Positions 36,850 through 48,939 of a stretch of 64,000 nucleotides of DNA are shown here, in pieces. Under the pieces are notes generated by a model that saw only the letters and a program-made list of their open reading frames with translations, made no database searches and was not told the DNA's origin. The DNA comes from Glaucostegus cemiculus. Its lineage: Eukaryota. The stretch spans positions 2,232,001 through 2,296,000 of the forward strand of contig CDPCPM010000001.1 in assembly GCA_976551045.1 (NCBI GenBank), read 5' to 3'. The number at the start of each line of letters is the position of its first letter. Positions within the stretch are counted from its first letter, which is position 1. A program made the translations under genes and the position numbers.

Positions 36850-39800
36850 ACACCCATCCTGGTCTCTGTAACCCCTCTCCCGGCCGACATCCCGCCCAGT
36901 CTCTGTAGGCCCTCCCGCCCCGAAACACCTCACCATCGATTGAACTTCTCCAGACCCTACACCGCTCCCCGTCTCTGGGACCCGTTCCAGCCGCTACACC
37001 ACTCCCTGAATCTGTAATCCCCTCCGACACCGACGGCCCTCCCAGTCTCTATGACTCCTCCGGCCCCAAAAACCCTCGCCGTCTCCGTGACCAGTTCAGC
37101 AATACACCTTTCGCCCTTCCCGTCAACGCTCCGGCCCTGCACGCTTCCCCGACTCTGTTACCCCTCTTGCACCGAGGCGCCTCTCTTTCCCTGTCACCCC
37201 ATCCTTCACCGTCTGGCCGCTGCACCACTCTCCGTCTCTATGACCCATTCCAGCCCCGACAACCCACCCTGTTACCCTGGCTCCCTTCCAGTTTCCGTGA
37301 CCCCATTTCTCCCTGTCTCCGTGACCGCCTCCCAACCCTGCCCCCTTTCTGTCATCGTGAGACCTTACCTGCCAAATCTCTGACCTCTCTCCCTCCCATA
37401 CATACGTCCTGTCTTTGTTATCCACTCCCTCCCGTCTCCGTGACATCATCCCCATCAACCCCATCCCCATCCACGTGACTCACTCCGGCCCCTGCACTCC
37501 TGCCCACCTCTGACCCTCATCACACCTACACCCCTGCCTGTCTTTGACACCATCCCTCCCCTCCACACATCCACATTTCCGTGACTCCGTGCCTCGGCGT
37601 CTCCATGAATCACCTCCCCGTCACCGTGACACTCCTCCGGCCACTGCACCCATCCACATCTCCGTTACTCTCTCTCTCTCTCCTGTACCCTCTGCCCCTC
37701 TCTGTGACCCCCTCCGGTCTCGACACATGTCTCTCCACCTCTCCATCCGTCTCCCGTCAGCTCTTCCCTCTCGCAGCTCTCCTGTTCCCTCTTCCCGTTC
37801 AGCTGCTTCTTTGCGCCCGTTCTCTCTCTCTCTCCTACATTCTCGTCCTCTCACCTACCCCTCCCTCCTGTCTCACTCCTACGCACTCTCCAACTACCCC
37901 TCAGTCTTCACCTCTATACCCTCATTGCCTCGTTCACACTACCCTCTCCCTGCATCTGTCCGTCGCTCAGCACCTCGGTTCCTCACCTTATCCTCCGCAC
38001 ACTCCATCTCCCATTCTCCCATTCTCTCCCACTCCTCTCCCGCTTCTCTCCGCATTTCCCCCGCACCTTCTCCGCTTCTCCCGCACCCTCTGTCCTCCCA
38101 CTGTTCTCCCCATTTCCCTGGAAACCCTCCACCACATATTCCCCTTCTCCCGCAAGCTCCCAACCACGAACAGGCCCCACCACCGATTCCCCCTTTCTTC
38201 ACACACTATCCCCATTACCTATTCCCTCTTTCCCTCACCCTATCCTCATTACTATTCCCCCTTTCCCCACACGCATTCCCCGTTACCTATTACCACTTTT
38301 CCCCCACACCCTATCCCCATTGCCTATTGCCCCTTTCCTCACACACGACCCCTATTACCTATCCCACTTTCCCCGCACCCTATGCCCATTGCCTACCCCC
38401 TTTCCCCGAACCCTATCCACATGACCTATTGCCCCGTTCCCCACACCCTATCCCCATTACCTCTTCCCCCTTTCCTCGCACCCCATCCCCATTACATATT
38501 CCTTCATTCCCCCGCACCATATGCCCATTGCCTATTCCCCTTTCCCCACTCCCAGTCCCCATTAACATTTCCCCCTTTCCCCCGCACCCTATGCCAATTA
38601 ACATTTCCCACTTTCCCCGCATCCTATCCCCATTGCCTCTTCCATCTTTCCCCGCACCCCATACCCATTACCTGTTCCCACATTCACCAGCACCATATGG
38701 CCATTCCCTATTACACTTTCCCCACACCCTATCCACATTAATTCCTTCCCCCTTTCCCCGCACCCTATCCCCATTACATATTCCCACTTTCCCCGCACCC
38801 TATCCACATTACCCATTCCCACTTTCCCGCACCCTATCCCCATTACCTATTCCCTCATTCCCCACACCCTGTCCCCATTACCTCTGCTCCCTTTCCCCGC
38901 ACCCTATCCCCATTACCATTTCCCCCTTCCCCGCACCCCATCCCCACTACCTATTCCCTCATTCCCCCGCACCCTAAGCCCATTTCCTATTCCCCCTTAC
39001 CCCGCAACCTATCCCCATTACTTATACACCAATTCCCCCGCACCCTATCTCCATAACCTATTCCCCCTTTCCCCGCACCAATCCATATTACCTGTTCCCC
39101 CCTTTCCCCGCACCCTATCCCCATTACCTATTCCCCCTTTCCCCGCACCCTATCCACTTTACCTACCTTTCCACGCACCATATCCCCATTACCACTTGCC
39201 CCTTTCCACGCACCCCATCCCCACTACCTATTCCCCCTTTCTCCCGCACCCTATCCCCATTATCTTTTACCCGCTTTCCCCACATCCTATCCCCAACAAC
39301 TATCTTCCCCACTTTCCCCACAGCTGCTCCCTCACATTCCACTATCGCTCTTCCCAATCGCTCCACTTCTCCTCCGGTCCCCACATCTCTTCCATTATTC
39401 AAGCCCCCTCACCACCACCACTCTCCCTCTTTCTCCAAATCCTGTCCCACCACTTCCCCACACCCCATCCTCTCTTTCCCCGCACCATCCCATTCCACCT
39501 ATTACCCGTTTCCCGCGCTCTCTCCCTGAAGTTCCACACCCCTTCTTTCCCCATCTGTTCACCGTCCCCACACACTCTTCCCTCTAACACCCTTTCCCGA
39601 CACCCTCCCTGTGCGTCCACACCTTTCCTCCACTATTTAACCCTTCTTCCCCTCCTTTCCCCACCCCGTTCCTTCTCCTCTTTTCCCCAGCTTACCCACA
39701 CTCTCCCCCTAATAACAGCATCTCTCTCCATTCACCCTCCCATATTCACCGACCTGTTGCACATCTCCCCCCTTCTCCCCCCTATCCACCTCTTCCCCAT

Positions 39801-39980
39801 ATCCAAGAGTGCACTCCGTCTCTTCCCCCACATCTTCCGAATATCACCAAGCTTCGACACCAGCCCTCCACCCAGTTTTTGCACCCCATATCTCTCGCAC
39901 AACTTGCCCCAACCCTTCCCCTTCTGCCCCATCACCTCTCCCTTCCATATACCCACCACCTGCCCATACTTTCCACATCT
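36850..39980. repeat. ~3.1-kb pyrimidine-rich tract containing a ~35-bp minisatellite (38200-39290)
   Basis: Unit TTCCCCCTTTCCCCGCACCCTATCCCCATTACCTA, roughly 30 diverged copies; flanks are homologous to 11290-12430. Confidence 0.9.
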
Positions 39981-39999
39981 TGTCTATCGACGCTGCTCC

Positions 40000-40132
40000 A
40001 CACGTTCTGTCGGTGTGGGAGACTGTGGGCTGATCTTACAGTGTACCCCTGGTGTTCTGTCGGTGAGGGACGCTGTGTTCTGATGTTGCAGTGTACCGTT
40101 GGTGTTCTGTCGGTGCGGGACGCTCTGGGCTC
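40000..40132. repeat. 50-bp minisatellite, ~3 copies
   Basis: Same unit as 12448-13260. Confidence 0.9.
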
Positions 40133-40312
40133 ACGGTGCGCTGCACTCTGCTATTCTGGCAGAGTTGGGCGCTCGAGGCCGCTGTTGAAGCACTGGGACT
40201 GTTCCGCAAAAATAGGCTCTCTGTTCCGCTGTGGTGTCCGGTCGCCCATTTTTTATGATGACACACACATCTCAGACACCATGTATGCAACTCAGAACTG
40301 AACTGACCAGGA

Positions 40313-40318
40313 TTTATT
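40313..40318 (-). terminator. Putative polyadenylation signal of NLR-B
   Basis: AATAAA at the position homologous to 13439-13444. Confidence 0.55.
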
Positions 40319-40689
40319 GCTTTCAATTTACTGATTAGAAATTAATCACTGACTACCTTTCTGATGTGCGGGTAAAATAAGCTGCTTGCAGTTCAGTGGC
40401 GTTCCCACACAATTAACAGACAAGCGGCAGGCTGAATAATTAGCCCCTTTTATCGACGTCATTTCGCACATGAAGGAGTTGCTGGATGCTCGCTGTCTTC
40501 ACTCAGATTAACAGTTGTGGTTATAACTCACACTTCAGAGCCGTGCCCGAGAACGCTGCAAGTCTAGAGTTATCTCTGGAAGTATTCTGCAAATTATCAC
40601 TGCGAGGTACACAGGCTGCTTAACGGAGGAAACATCCCTCAGCAGCCTGGTCAGAAATGTCGCTAACCCGGCTAATTGCTCAGGACTCA

Positions 40690-40885
40690 ATGAATGGCAT
40701 TATTGGTCTCCCTGACTGAGCCCCACCACGGAAAACGAATGGCATCACTGGTGTCCCAGACTGAACTCCACCCCGGACACTGAATGCCAACAATGGTCTC
40801 GCAGACTAAGCCTCACCCCGTACACTGAATGCCAACACTGGTGTCGCGGACTGAACCCCACACCGGACACTGAATTCCAACACTG
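40690..40885. repeat. 45-bp tandem repeat x~4 in NLR-B 3' UTR
   Basis: Unit GACTGAACTCCACCCCGGACACTGAATGCCAACAATGGTCTCGCA; about 2 units at 13830-13925 in NLR-A. Confidence 0.8.
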
Positions 40886-41141
40886 CCGTCCCGCTCTGTT
40901 CTGGGGCCTTCTTCTTAGTGTAATCCATGAGGCCCCACCAGGGGTCATTGAGCCCCAGATCTCCGTGTCAGCGGATGTGTCACAGGTCATCGGGATTCTC
41001 CATGAGTCACAGCGGGATGGGGTGCCCTCCCACTCCGGCCGTTGGGATTTAAACGGGAGCGCGCTCGTTTAAAGGGGAGGGCGGAAACCGGCCGAAACAT
41101 ATTCCCGTGCCGCGGTCGGGGATGTCTGTACATTGGGACGT

Positions 41142-41229
41142 TCACAGGTCCACCCACAGTCCGGGTCTGGTTTCCTGCAGCGATACCCGCTGATCCCGTC
41201 CATCTGGACTGAACCGACAACCCCACAGC
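41142..41229 (-). pseudogene. NLR-B terminal LRR exon
   Basis: (W)LWGCRFSPDGRDQRVSLQETRPGLWVDL*. Confidence 0.85.
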
Positions 41230-41394
41230 CTTAAACAGAGTGAAGGAAAAAGAGGGAATAAACAGATGACACATCAGTGTCAGTGACTGGGGACTGGGGT
41301 TAATGTTCCAACAACACTAACAGACAAATGTCACCGGAAAGTCCCGCGGATCCACGGATACTTTATCACATTAAACATGAACACAAACACTCAC

Positions 41395-41562
41395 CAGATC
41401 CGCTCCAGACTCGGGAGGGTCAGGATGAGGCGGAGGAGAGCGGGGACAGATCCGTCTGTGAGGGGGTTAAATCCCAGTTCCAGCTCCGTCAATGAGCGGT
41501 TTGTACTGAGAGCAGAGACGAGATGCTCGGCACCAGAATCTGTGAGACCGACATCCCCCAGC
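41395..41562 (-). pseudogene. NLR-B LRR exon (168 bp)
   Basis: LGDVGLTDSGAEHLVSALSTNRSLTELELGFNPLTDGSVPALLRLILTLPSLERIW; AG/GT. Confidence 0.9.
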
Positions 41563-41716
41563 CTGGAGATGAGAGAGAGTGAGGGTGAGGGACACAGAGC
41601 GACAGGAGACGGTGCAAATCCCAAGGGTTTATCAGGAACACAATTACTGACACATTAATGTTCAGTGTCAGACAGTCAGTCACTGTAAACACAATCTCTC
41701 ACAGTCTGGGACTTAC

Positions 41717-41803
41717 CCCAGTCTCAGTATTTTACACTCCCTGTCCCTCAGACCTGCAAACACCGTTTTCACGACCGAATCTCCGAGGTCGTTGTTCCCC
41801 AAT
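41717..41803 (-). pseudogene. NLR-B LRR exon (87 bp)
   Basis: LGNNDLGDSVVKTVFAGLRDRECKILRL; AG/GT. Confidence 0.85.
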
Positions 41804-42560
41804 CTAAACAAAGACAGACAGAGTGAGGAACAAACTGATTCACACCCGGGCTCCAGTAAGAGTCTGACATAACGGCATATAACTCGGATATTACATGAGA
41901 CACTTCAGGATATTAATTAATAATCCACCCCTCAGTGCCCAGCTCCTGGTCACTCACGGAATGTCAGTAATTTATCCAGTGAAGTGCCGTGTGAACTCTC
42001 TCCCTTCAGTCTCAGTGTGTGTGTGTGTGAGCGAGAGAGAGAGAGACTGGCCGGGGTAGGGGGTGAAGCCATCCACAGGCAATGCGTTAGGAGCGGAGAA
42101 CCAAACTGCAGCTGAGGGAGGAAGAGGGAGTGTTACACTGACGGGTAATGTGGGTGTTTGCCGCGGAGGTGTGGGCGGTCGAGTGGCCGGACCCGGTTTT
42201 GCTGAGGGAGAAGAGGACAGGCCGGGTGTGTGGTTGGGAGCGAAGAGCGAGTGGCCGGTCCGGTGATGGGAGATGGAGGGATAGTGTCCGGGTGAGGGTG
42301 TGGACGACTGAGACTGGCGGACCGGTACTCGTGGAAGTGAGAGTGACCGGTCCGGGGATGGCGGAGGGGTAAGTGTGGACCCGGTAAAAATTCGGGGCGG
42401 AGGGCGAGTGCACGCAGCGAGGGTAGGGGAGAGAGTCCACCCGAAGTAACAGATGAAAAAGAGAGTTGCACTGGGAGGGTGAGATTGGAAGGGAGTCACT
42501 CTGAATCAATACAGACCGGTAGAGTTTTACAATTTAATAATACAAACAAATTACAGTTAC

Positions 42561-43935
42561 CGCAACTCCCGCCATTTGTGCTGCCCGGGTCGCAGCCGCT
42601 GGAGCCCTTCACACTGAATGTGGCAGCCCCACAAATCGAGGTAGTTTATTGTATCACAGAGTCCAAGGACATGACACAGGACGGCGCAATCAATCTGGGT
42701 CAGTCGTAATCTACTGAACGAAAGTATAACCACAGATCTCAGTGCGGCCTGAGCCAGTCCACGGTTCTGAGACTCAAATAGGTAGTGCAGTGTGTCAGGA
42801 GGCTCCTTTTACCAGCTTCACTCCCCAGTCTGACGTTGCACCTCCTCCTTCACCCAGTCAATCACCCGGCAGATTGTTTGATGTGGAAATGGACCCAAAA
42901 CTGCTCCAGACGGCGAACTGACGCTGGGGAGGAGAGACCGGCAACAAAACGGAGGAATATCTCAAACCGCCCGTCTGTCGTGCTGTGGGCTTCAGTGAGG
43001 AGTTTCAGGATATCGCCGGAATCTGGAGTCAGGAATTGTGCGTGTGTGGCTACAAACTCTTGGATGGTGAGGTGTGGGAATGTGTACACCACGCTCCGGG
43101 CACTATCCTCTCTCTCCAACAGTTCCGCCAGGAACACGGACAGGAACTGGGACGGCTGCAGATTGTACTTGATCAAATCTCCATCTGTAAATACAATCTT
43201 CTTCTCGGACACTCCTGTGAAGGCCATCTGACCAACCCTCAGTAACACATCACGGGGGCTTTCAAACTCACGGCCGTGGCTTTTCAGGATGTTGTAAATA
43301 TAGTAGGAATATAGTTGGGTGATGGTCTCGGGAACTCGCTGGTCTTTGTGTGAAGAAGGGTCCCAGTGCCAGACCGAGGACCCAGCAGTAGGAGGGGTTG
43401 TAGATCATGGCGAACAAAATCTCGTTCTCCTCCCCGTGTTTGAAATCAGCTGCTGCCGCCGTCTGATCTTTAGAAAACCTGTGGAAATATTCCTTCCTTT
43501 CTTCACCAACAAATCCCAGGATTTCAGCCCAGACCTTGATCTTTGCCTTTTCCAATATATGTAACGCAGAAGGACGGGTGGTCACCAGCACTGAACACCC
43601 TGGGAGCAGCTTGCGCTGGATTAAACTGTACACGATGTCAGACACTTCACACCAGCACTTGGGATCTGGGAACTTGTGCTGAGGTTCTTTGTCTCTCCGA
43701 CTGTCAGAAAAATCGAATTTGTGCTTGAATTCATCCAAACCATCGAATATGAACCATAATTGGTCTGGGTTCTTCCAGACCTCTCCCAGGATGTTCCAGA
43801 AGTTAGGATATTGATGCAGAATCAGTTCCCTCAGATTTATTCTGCAGTTAATGGAGTTTTATTTGTCCCGGAATTTGAAACTGAAGACGAACTGGAACTG
43901 TTGGTACATCTTCCCAGTGGCCCGGTCACGAATAA
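42561..43935 (-). pseudogene. NLR-B NACHT exon remnant lacking FISNA-like region and Walker A
   Basis: Homology to NLR-A starts abruptly at DRATGKMYQQFQFVFSFKFRD. TAA near 43860; Walker B FIFDGLDE; VLVTTRP; YTFPHLTIQEF; indels near 43340, 42895 and 42825. Confidence 0.92.
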
Positions 43936-44169
43936 AGATTACAGCACATAATTCAAACCTTTTCGGAATGTTATTGCCGAAAGTAATACTCGGCTCACAG
44001 ACAAGTGACTCGGCAGTCTGCATTGGTCAAGAAAATATCAGATCCTCCCATTTTGATATTAACTGAACTGTGACGGTGAACAATTCCCCACTACTTTGTG
44101 ATGTTGTACCTGCCCCCTCATAGACACGTTTAATTACAACTGCACCTGTCATTCACTGCGGTTGCATCA

Positions 44170-44990
44170 AAATAAAATCAGATTGTGCTCGAAATGCTCA
44201 GGTCGGGCAGCATCTCTGGAGAGATAAACAGGGTAGAACTTTCAGGTCGATGACTTTTGTAGTATGTTGCAGAGAAGGAAGAGGAAGGGGATGTCTGAAA
44301 TGGGATGAAGACCTAGATAGTGTCAGTGATGCATCTAGTGTTGGTTCAGGACAGGAACGAGTGGCGAAAGCTTGGCGATCGTTGCTGATCTGTCTGCTGG
44401 CGGGGATGGAGGGCGTGGGTGATAGAAGACGGAAGTGAGAAGAATGTTATGTTGGAAATGTGAAACAAATCAGCAGGCCAGACAGAGGAATATTCGAGTT
44501 GACAGTGCAGATTGACGATGTTTGAGAGAGAAAATCTGATACAGACCGGATAAGCTGGTTTTCATGAAATACTGTATTCAACGTGGATCTGACAAAGTTG
44601 TCGAGTGCCACGGTCAAGATGAAGTGTGGTTCCTGGAGCTCACTCTGGGCTTTGTTGGAACAGTGTGGGAGGCCCCAGTCTGAGAGGTCAGACTGGGCGT
44701 CAGATGGACAATTCCAGTGGAAGGCAATTGGAAACTCAGCCTCCCTTGTCAACTGAACCGGCTAAACAGAGGGGGAGTCGGACTGCAAAGTGGTCATTCA
44801 GGCTGTGTTTTGTTCTCCAGTCTGTAGGAGGCCAAATCTTCAGTACCTGATGCAATGCACTGAACCATAAGTGCAGGTGAATCACTGCTTCACCAGGAAG
44901 GTAACCGTGTCCCTGGAGAGTGGGAAGGGAAGTGGAAGAATAGTGGGGTTGCTGCAGGAAAGCGAGTCGATGTTCATGGAGAAGGAAGGA
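44170..44990 (-). mobile_element. Degenerate Penelope-like fragment
   Basis: Minus strand reads FPIAFHWNCPSDAQSDLSDWGLPHCSNKAQSELQEPHFIL; terminal ATGCTCAGGTCGGGCAGCATCT motif shared with other PLE remnants. Confidence 0.6.
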
Positions 44991-45381
44991 ACAACGTAGA
45001 TATCACGAAGCTGGTGGCTGCTGCTGCTTCAGACCCCAGCCAGGTTATCTGGTGCACTCTGCGGAGTGGGCAGGGGCAGTGCGTGAACAGACAGAGCTTC
45101 TCCTGGCACTGCATCCGTCCCAGGCTTGGTTTTACGAGTTCTCCGTGCACAGGGTCAAAAACAGAAAACCGATTAATCGCTTCCATTGTACGTTCCGGGT
45201 GAGCTTGACTTGGGCTCCTGGTGCCACATCACCCACCTCCCACCACACAGACCCTGTCCACTTCAGCGCCACAACATCGCTTCCCTATTGCTCTGTGCCC
45301 AAGACTAAAACCGCTCATTCCCTTTTTCCCTCTCAGACTCGGAGTTGTCCTCTGCGCTCAACCTTCATCAGTCTGAGCTTT

Positions 45382-45680
45382 GCTTAGAGCGGTTATCGGA
45401 ACGCCACCACAGCTCCATCGAAAGGATTCAATTCTCGCCACTGTCTGACAGGAGTTTGTACGTTCTCCCCGTGTGTCTGCGTGGGTTTCCCCCCTGGTGC
45501 TCCAGTTTCCTCCCACATTTCAACGACGTGCAGGTTAGGAGCTGTGGGCATGCCATGTTGGCCCGGGAAGATTGGCAACACTTGCCGGCTGCCCCCAGCA
45601 CATTTGCAGAACACAAAAAGGAGTATTTAACTCTTGTGTTTCCATGTATATGTGATCAATAAATAAATATCTAATATCTT
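45382..45680 (+). mobile_element. V-SINE with a non-CR1 3' tail
   Basis: GGAGTTTGTACGTTCTCCCCGTG..GGGTTTCCCCCTGGTGCTCCAGTTTCCTCCCACAT core; ends AATAAATAAATATCT. Confidence 0.7.
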
Positions 45681-46020
45681 AGACGTTCTTCCCTAATTCG
45701 CAGCAGTCCCGTTCACCAACAACCCCACACCTTTCTCTACTTTGGCCATCGCTCCAGAAATCCATCTATCTTAAGAAACGATAATTTCCATTTCCATTAA
45801 TGAACCCAACACATCCACACCACCTCCCTGTCACCTGCTCCACCCCTTATGGTCCCTGTACTCCTCCAGTTCACCCACGCTGATCCTCCCAAATTTCCAG
45901 ACCACCGGCTGACCAGCCTTTCATCCTTTGGAGATGTAAACGATAACCTTCCCTTCCTGAACCTCCCCACCTCATCTTAGACTCTGTTGTTGTTTAGGAA
46001 GATCACCTGCTTATCCACAA

Positions 46021-46252
46021 TACGTATATTCTGCTATAACGCATGCTTTCATAACGGGAATTTGTTGTAACGTGGTTGCTGGATCAGTGAACACGATGTG
46101 CATTGCGGAGGCCACACTGGTTATCACAAGATCGGTAAACCTGTTGAGATCGGTGCTCTCAAGCCAACTACATTTGCTTCTGCTCTCATGCGGCATTCTA
46201 AAACGCGAGTATTCTTAGGGATAACCACCGCATAATAGCAGAAAGTCCGGTA
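46021..46252. mobile_element. Tc1/mariner (Tigger-like) MITE
   Basis: Imperfect TIRs TA..TTCTGCTATAACGC / GCATAATAGCAGAA..TA, with TA at both ends. Confidence 0.55.
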
Positions 46253-47865
46253 CTTTACAGGCAGAGAGGGATAGAACATGAAAACGCACAGGACAAATAA
46301 CGTGGAATATTTCATGCAACTTTATAGTCACGGAATCACAGGCAGCTGTTCCTGCCGAACTGAGTCCGCAGGGGAATCAGCAAAGGTTTGTAAATTATTG
46401 GGATTTGCCGCTGAACGGAGTGTTCGGGTGTTTATTATATTCATCTCTTTGAGAGACTGGCTAGCCATTGGGATGCATTAAAATGTTACAAATGGAATTC
46501 CCAGCTTTAGTGTCAGAACCAGGCTCGCAATTCCCCAAATAATTACTAGGAAATGAAGAGAATAATTATTGTTTCAACCCAGAAGCAAAGGCGGAAAGAA
46601 TTGCTATCTTCCCTTGCCGAGGTTCGCTCACCAGCTCTGCAGGTTGAGGGACCATAGCAGGTCTGGTCAAAGAGCAAGTTCCCGTGTTTCTGTGGACACT
46701 AGGAATGGAACGTGGAGGCGAGGGCCGGGTTGCCTCACTTCTCACAGGAACAGGTTTAATCAGACCACAAGGTATGTTCCAGGCACTGAGCATTCCTGAG
46801 CTAAACACAGTTTATAAAATTGCAAACGTTACAGCATATTTAAGCATTTCACGAATCTTCAACGTGTAATAAACGTCAATTACAATTTGAAGTAAAATCT
46901 GTCCACCACTGTAAGTCACGCACTACCTTGTGTCTAAAATGAGTCCTGAATGAAAGGAATATTCTCTGTAACTGCATATCTGTTCTCTGTATCTGAGAAC
47001 AGGAAGCCAGCCCACATGACACACCCAATCTCCCATTTCCTCCACTGACTAACGCGTTGTTAAATGAATATATTTTCAGTTTCTTGGACGGGATCCCACT
47101 CATTGCGCGCTGTGAATTTACAACATTCCCACATTCCACGTCCCTTTCCCCGAACATCCTGATGGGGTCAGTTTCCCAGTGCACAGAAACACACAGCATT
47201 TGGTTCAGGTGGGAGCTTTGTGAAACCAGAAATATGTGCAATGAGCATGTACATGTTGCAGGATATAGTGCCCATTCAGTGCTCCAAAGAAAACACCAAC
47301 AGATTGGCATTTCTACCGTTACTGAATGAGTGACATTAAATCCTGGACGTGAGAGTGATACTGAACCAATAGAAAAACACCAGAAACATACCAGGTGTGT
47401 CTGAGGTTTCATACTGCATCACCTACAATCCAGCCGGGAATACATTCTCCCATGGAATCACGGTTGTTAATGGAATATCCGCTCAGCCGGGAGAAATGGA
47501 ATTTAAAGTTACTGTCTGAGCTCTTTCAATGTACGAGTTCAGTTACATGATCACCAATCAGGACCCTGCAAGGAGTGCACGGGGTCTCATGGTGTATCAG
47601 GACACTGCCAGGTATGGTGGGCTCAATGTAACTCACAGCGAGATGAGCTGTAATACTGAATTGAGATATTTAAACAGTGTGGCAGAAATGGTCTGATTTG
47701 TAACTTGAACACACAGATCAGTCCTTCACTGACAGTGAATTCTGCGACATACATTCTGTTCCCCAGACGTTGACATTGGACTCAGATTCTACCACCTTCT
47801 CAAACAGCTGCCGTTCAACATCGGTTGTGTAAAGTAACTGGTTTGAATTGTGTTTCCGCACTCAC

Positions 47866-47931
47866 CCTTCAGTTGTGAGGAGAAATCACACAAACCTCGG
47901 TCGATGTTCATGTATTCATATGGATCAGGAC
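47866..47931 (-). pseudogene. NLR-B 66-bp linker exon
   Basis: cagcag|GPDPYEYMNIDRGLCDFSSQLK G|gtgag; phase 1-1; NAGNAG acceptor. Confidence 0.8.
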
Positions 47932-48028
47932 CTGCTGAAATTAACAAGGGTTCATGAAAGCAGACCTGAATAATACATTAAGGAAATTGTTTCAATGTGA
48001 TTTTCAGTGCAGTGTTGTTTGACCGTAC

Positions 48029-48200
48029 CGAGCTCCTGGATTTCATTCAGTATTTTGTCCAACTTTGGTAACTCACCCCACATTTCCACAAAGGATTCCC
48101 ACATCCCTCTCCGGGCCTGGGATCCCTTCTCCATGACCAGACTGAAGAAGAGTTTGGAACTCTCTGTTCGGTTTCCCCTCTCCACCAGCTCAGTGACTTT
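48029..48200 (-). pseudogene. NLR-B death-fold/CARD-like exon 2 (172 bp, open)
   Basis: KVTELVERGNRTESSKLFFSLVMEKGSQARRGMWESFVEMWGELPKLDKILNEIQEL G|gtacgg. Confidence 0.88.
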
Positions 48201-48939
48201 CTGTGAAGAACAACAGTGAGAGTATTTAGGAGTGGGCTGATGGAGAAAGATCAATGACGGAAATATCTGCTCAGTGATGGGACGTCCCAGTGGTTTTGGG
48301 CACAGCAACAGTCACTGGCAGCCTCTTCATCCATTGTGTAAATCTCTGCACTCATTCTTTGGCAGGAAAACACCAACTGCAGCAATTACAGATCAGTGTA
48401 TTATTGTAGCGGGGTGAGGGATCGCTGAATCGGGTTTAAAGTGATTAGTTACCCCTGTCCTTCATTCTCCAATGTTGCATCAGATTACTGACTAACAGCA
48501 CAACTCAATTACAGAAGCAAAACACGGCAGATGTTGGAAATCCAAAGTAAAACAACATAATGCCTGAAATATTCAGCAGATCAGGCATCATCTGTGGACA
48601 GATATTTCGCCTTCAATTTCAAATCTTTTATCTGGATGGGTTCCAGTATTCTACTTGTTCAGAACATCGTTGGATTTTATAATGGATGATTCACTCAATA
48701 ACCAGCAAAACATGAAAGCTGCGCTAACTCAGCAGAAGTATTTTAACTGATAGGGACAGTTGAAAAACTGGAGTTACCAGCAGGTAATCTCACTCACTTC
48801 TGTTCATTTAATCAGAGTCAACAACTTATTACATGAATGAAATGTCTAATCACTTTGCTCATGCCGACAGCTTTCCGTGGCACATCCACTGCCGAAACAA
48901 AACCTCAGCTACCTGAGCCACTATCCAGTAATATGATTT

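Noticed and set aside
37544-38977. 477-aa and 386-aa Pro/His/Ser-rich ORFs
   Set aside because: Artefacts of a C/T-rich minisatellite that lacks stop codons in several frames.
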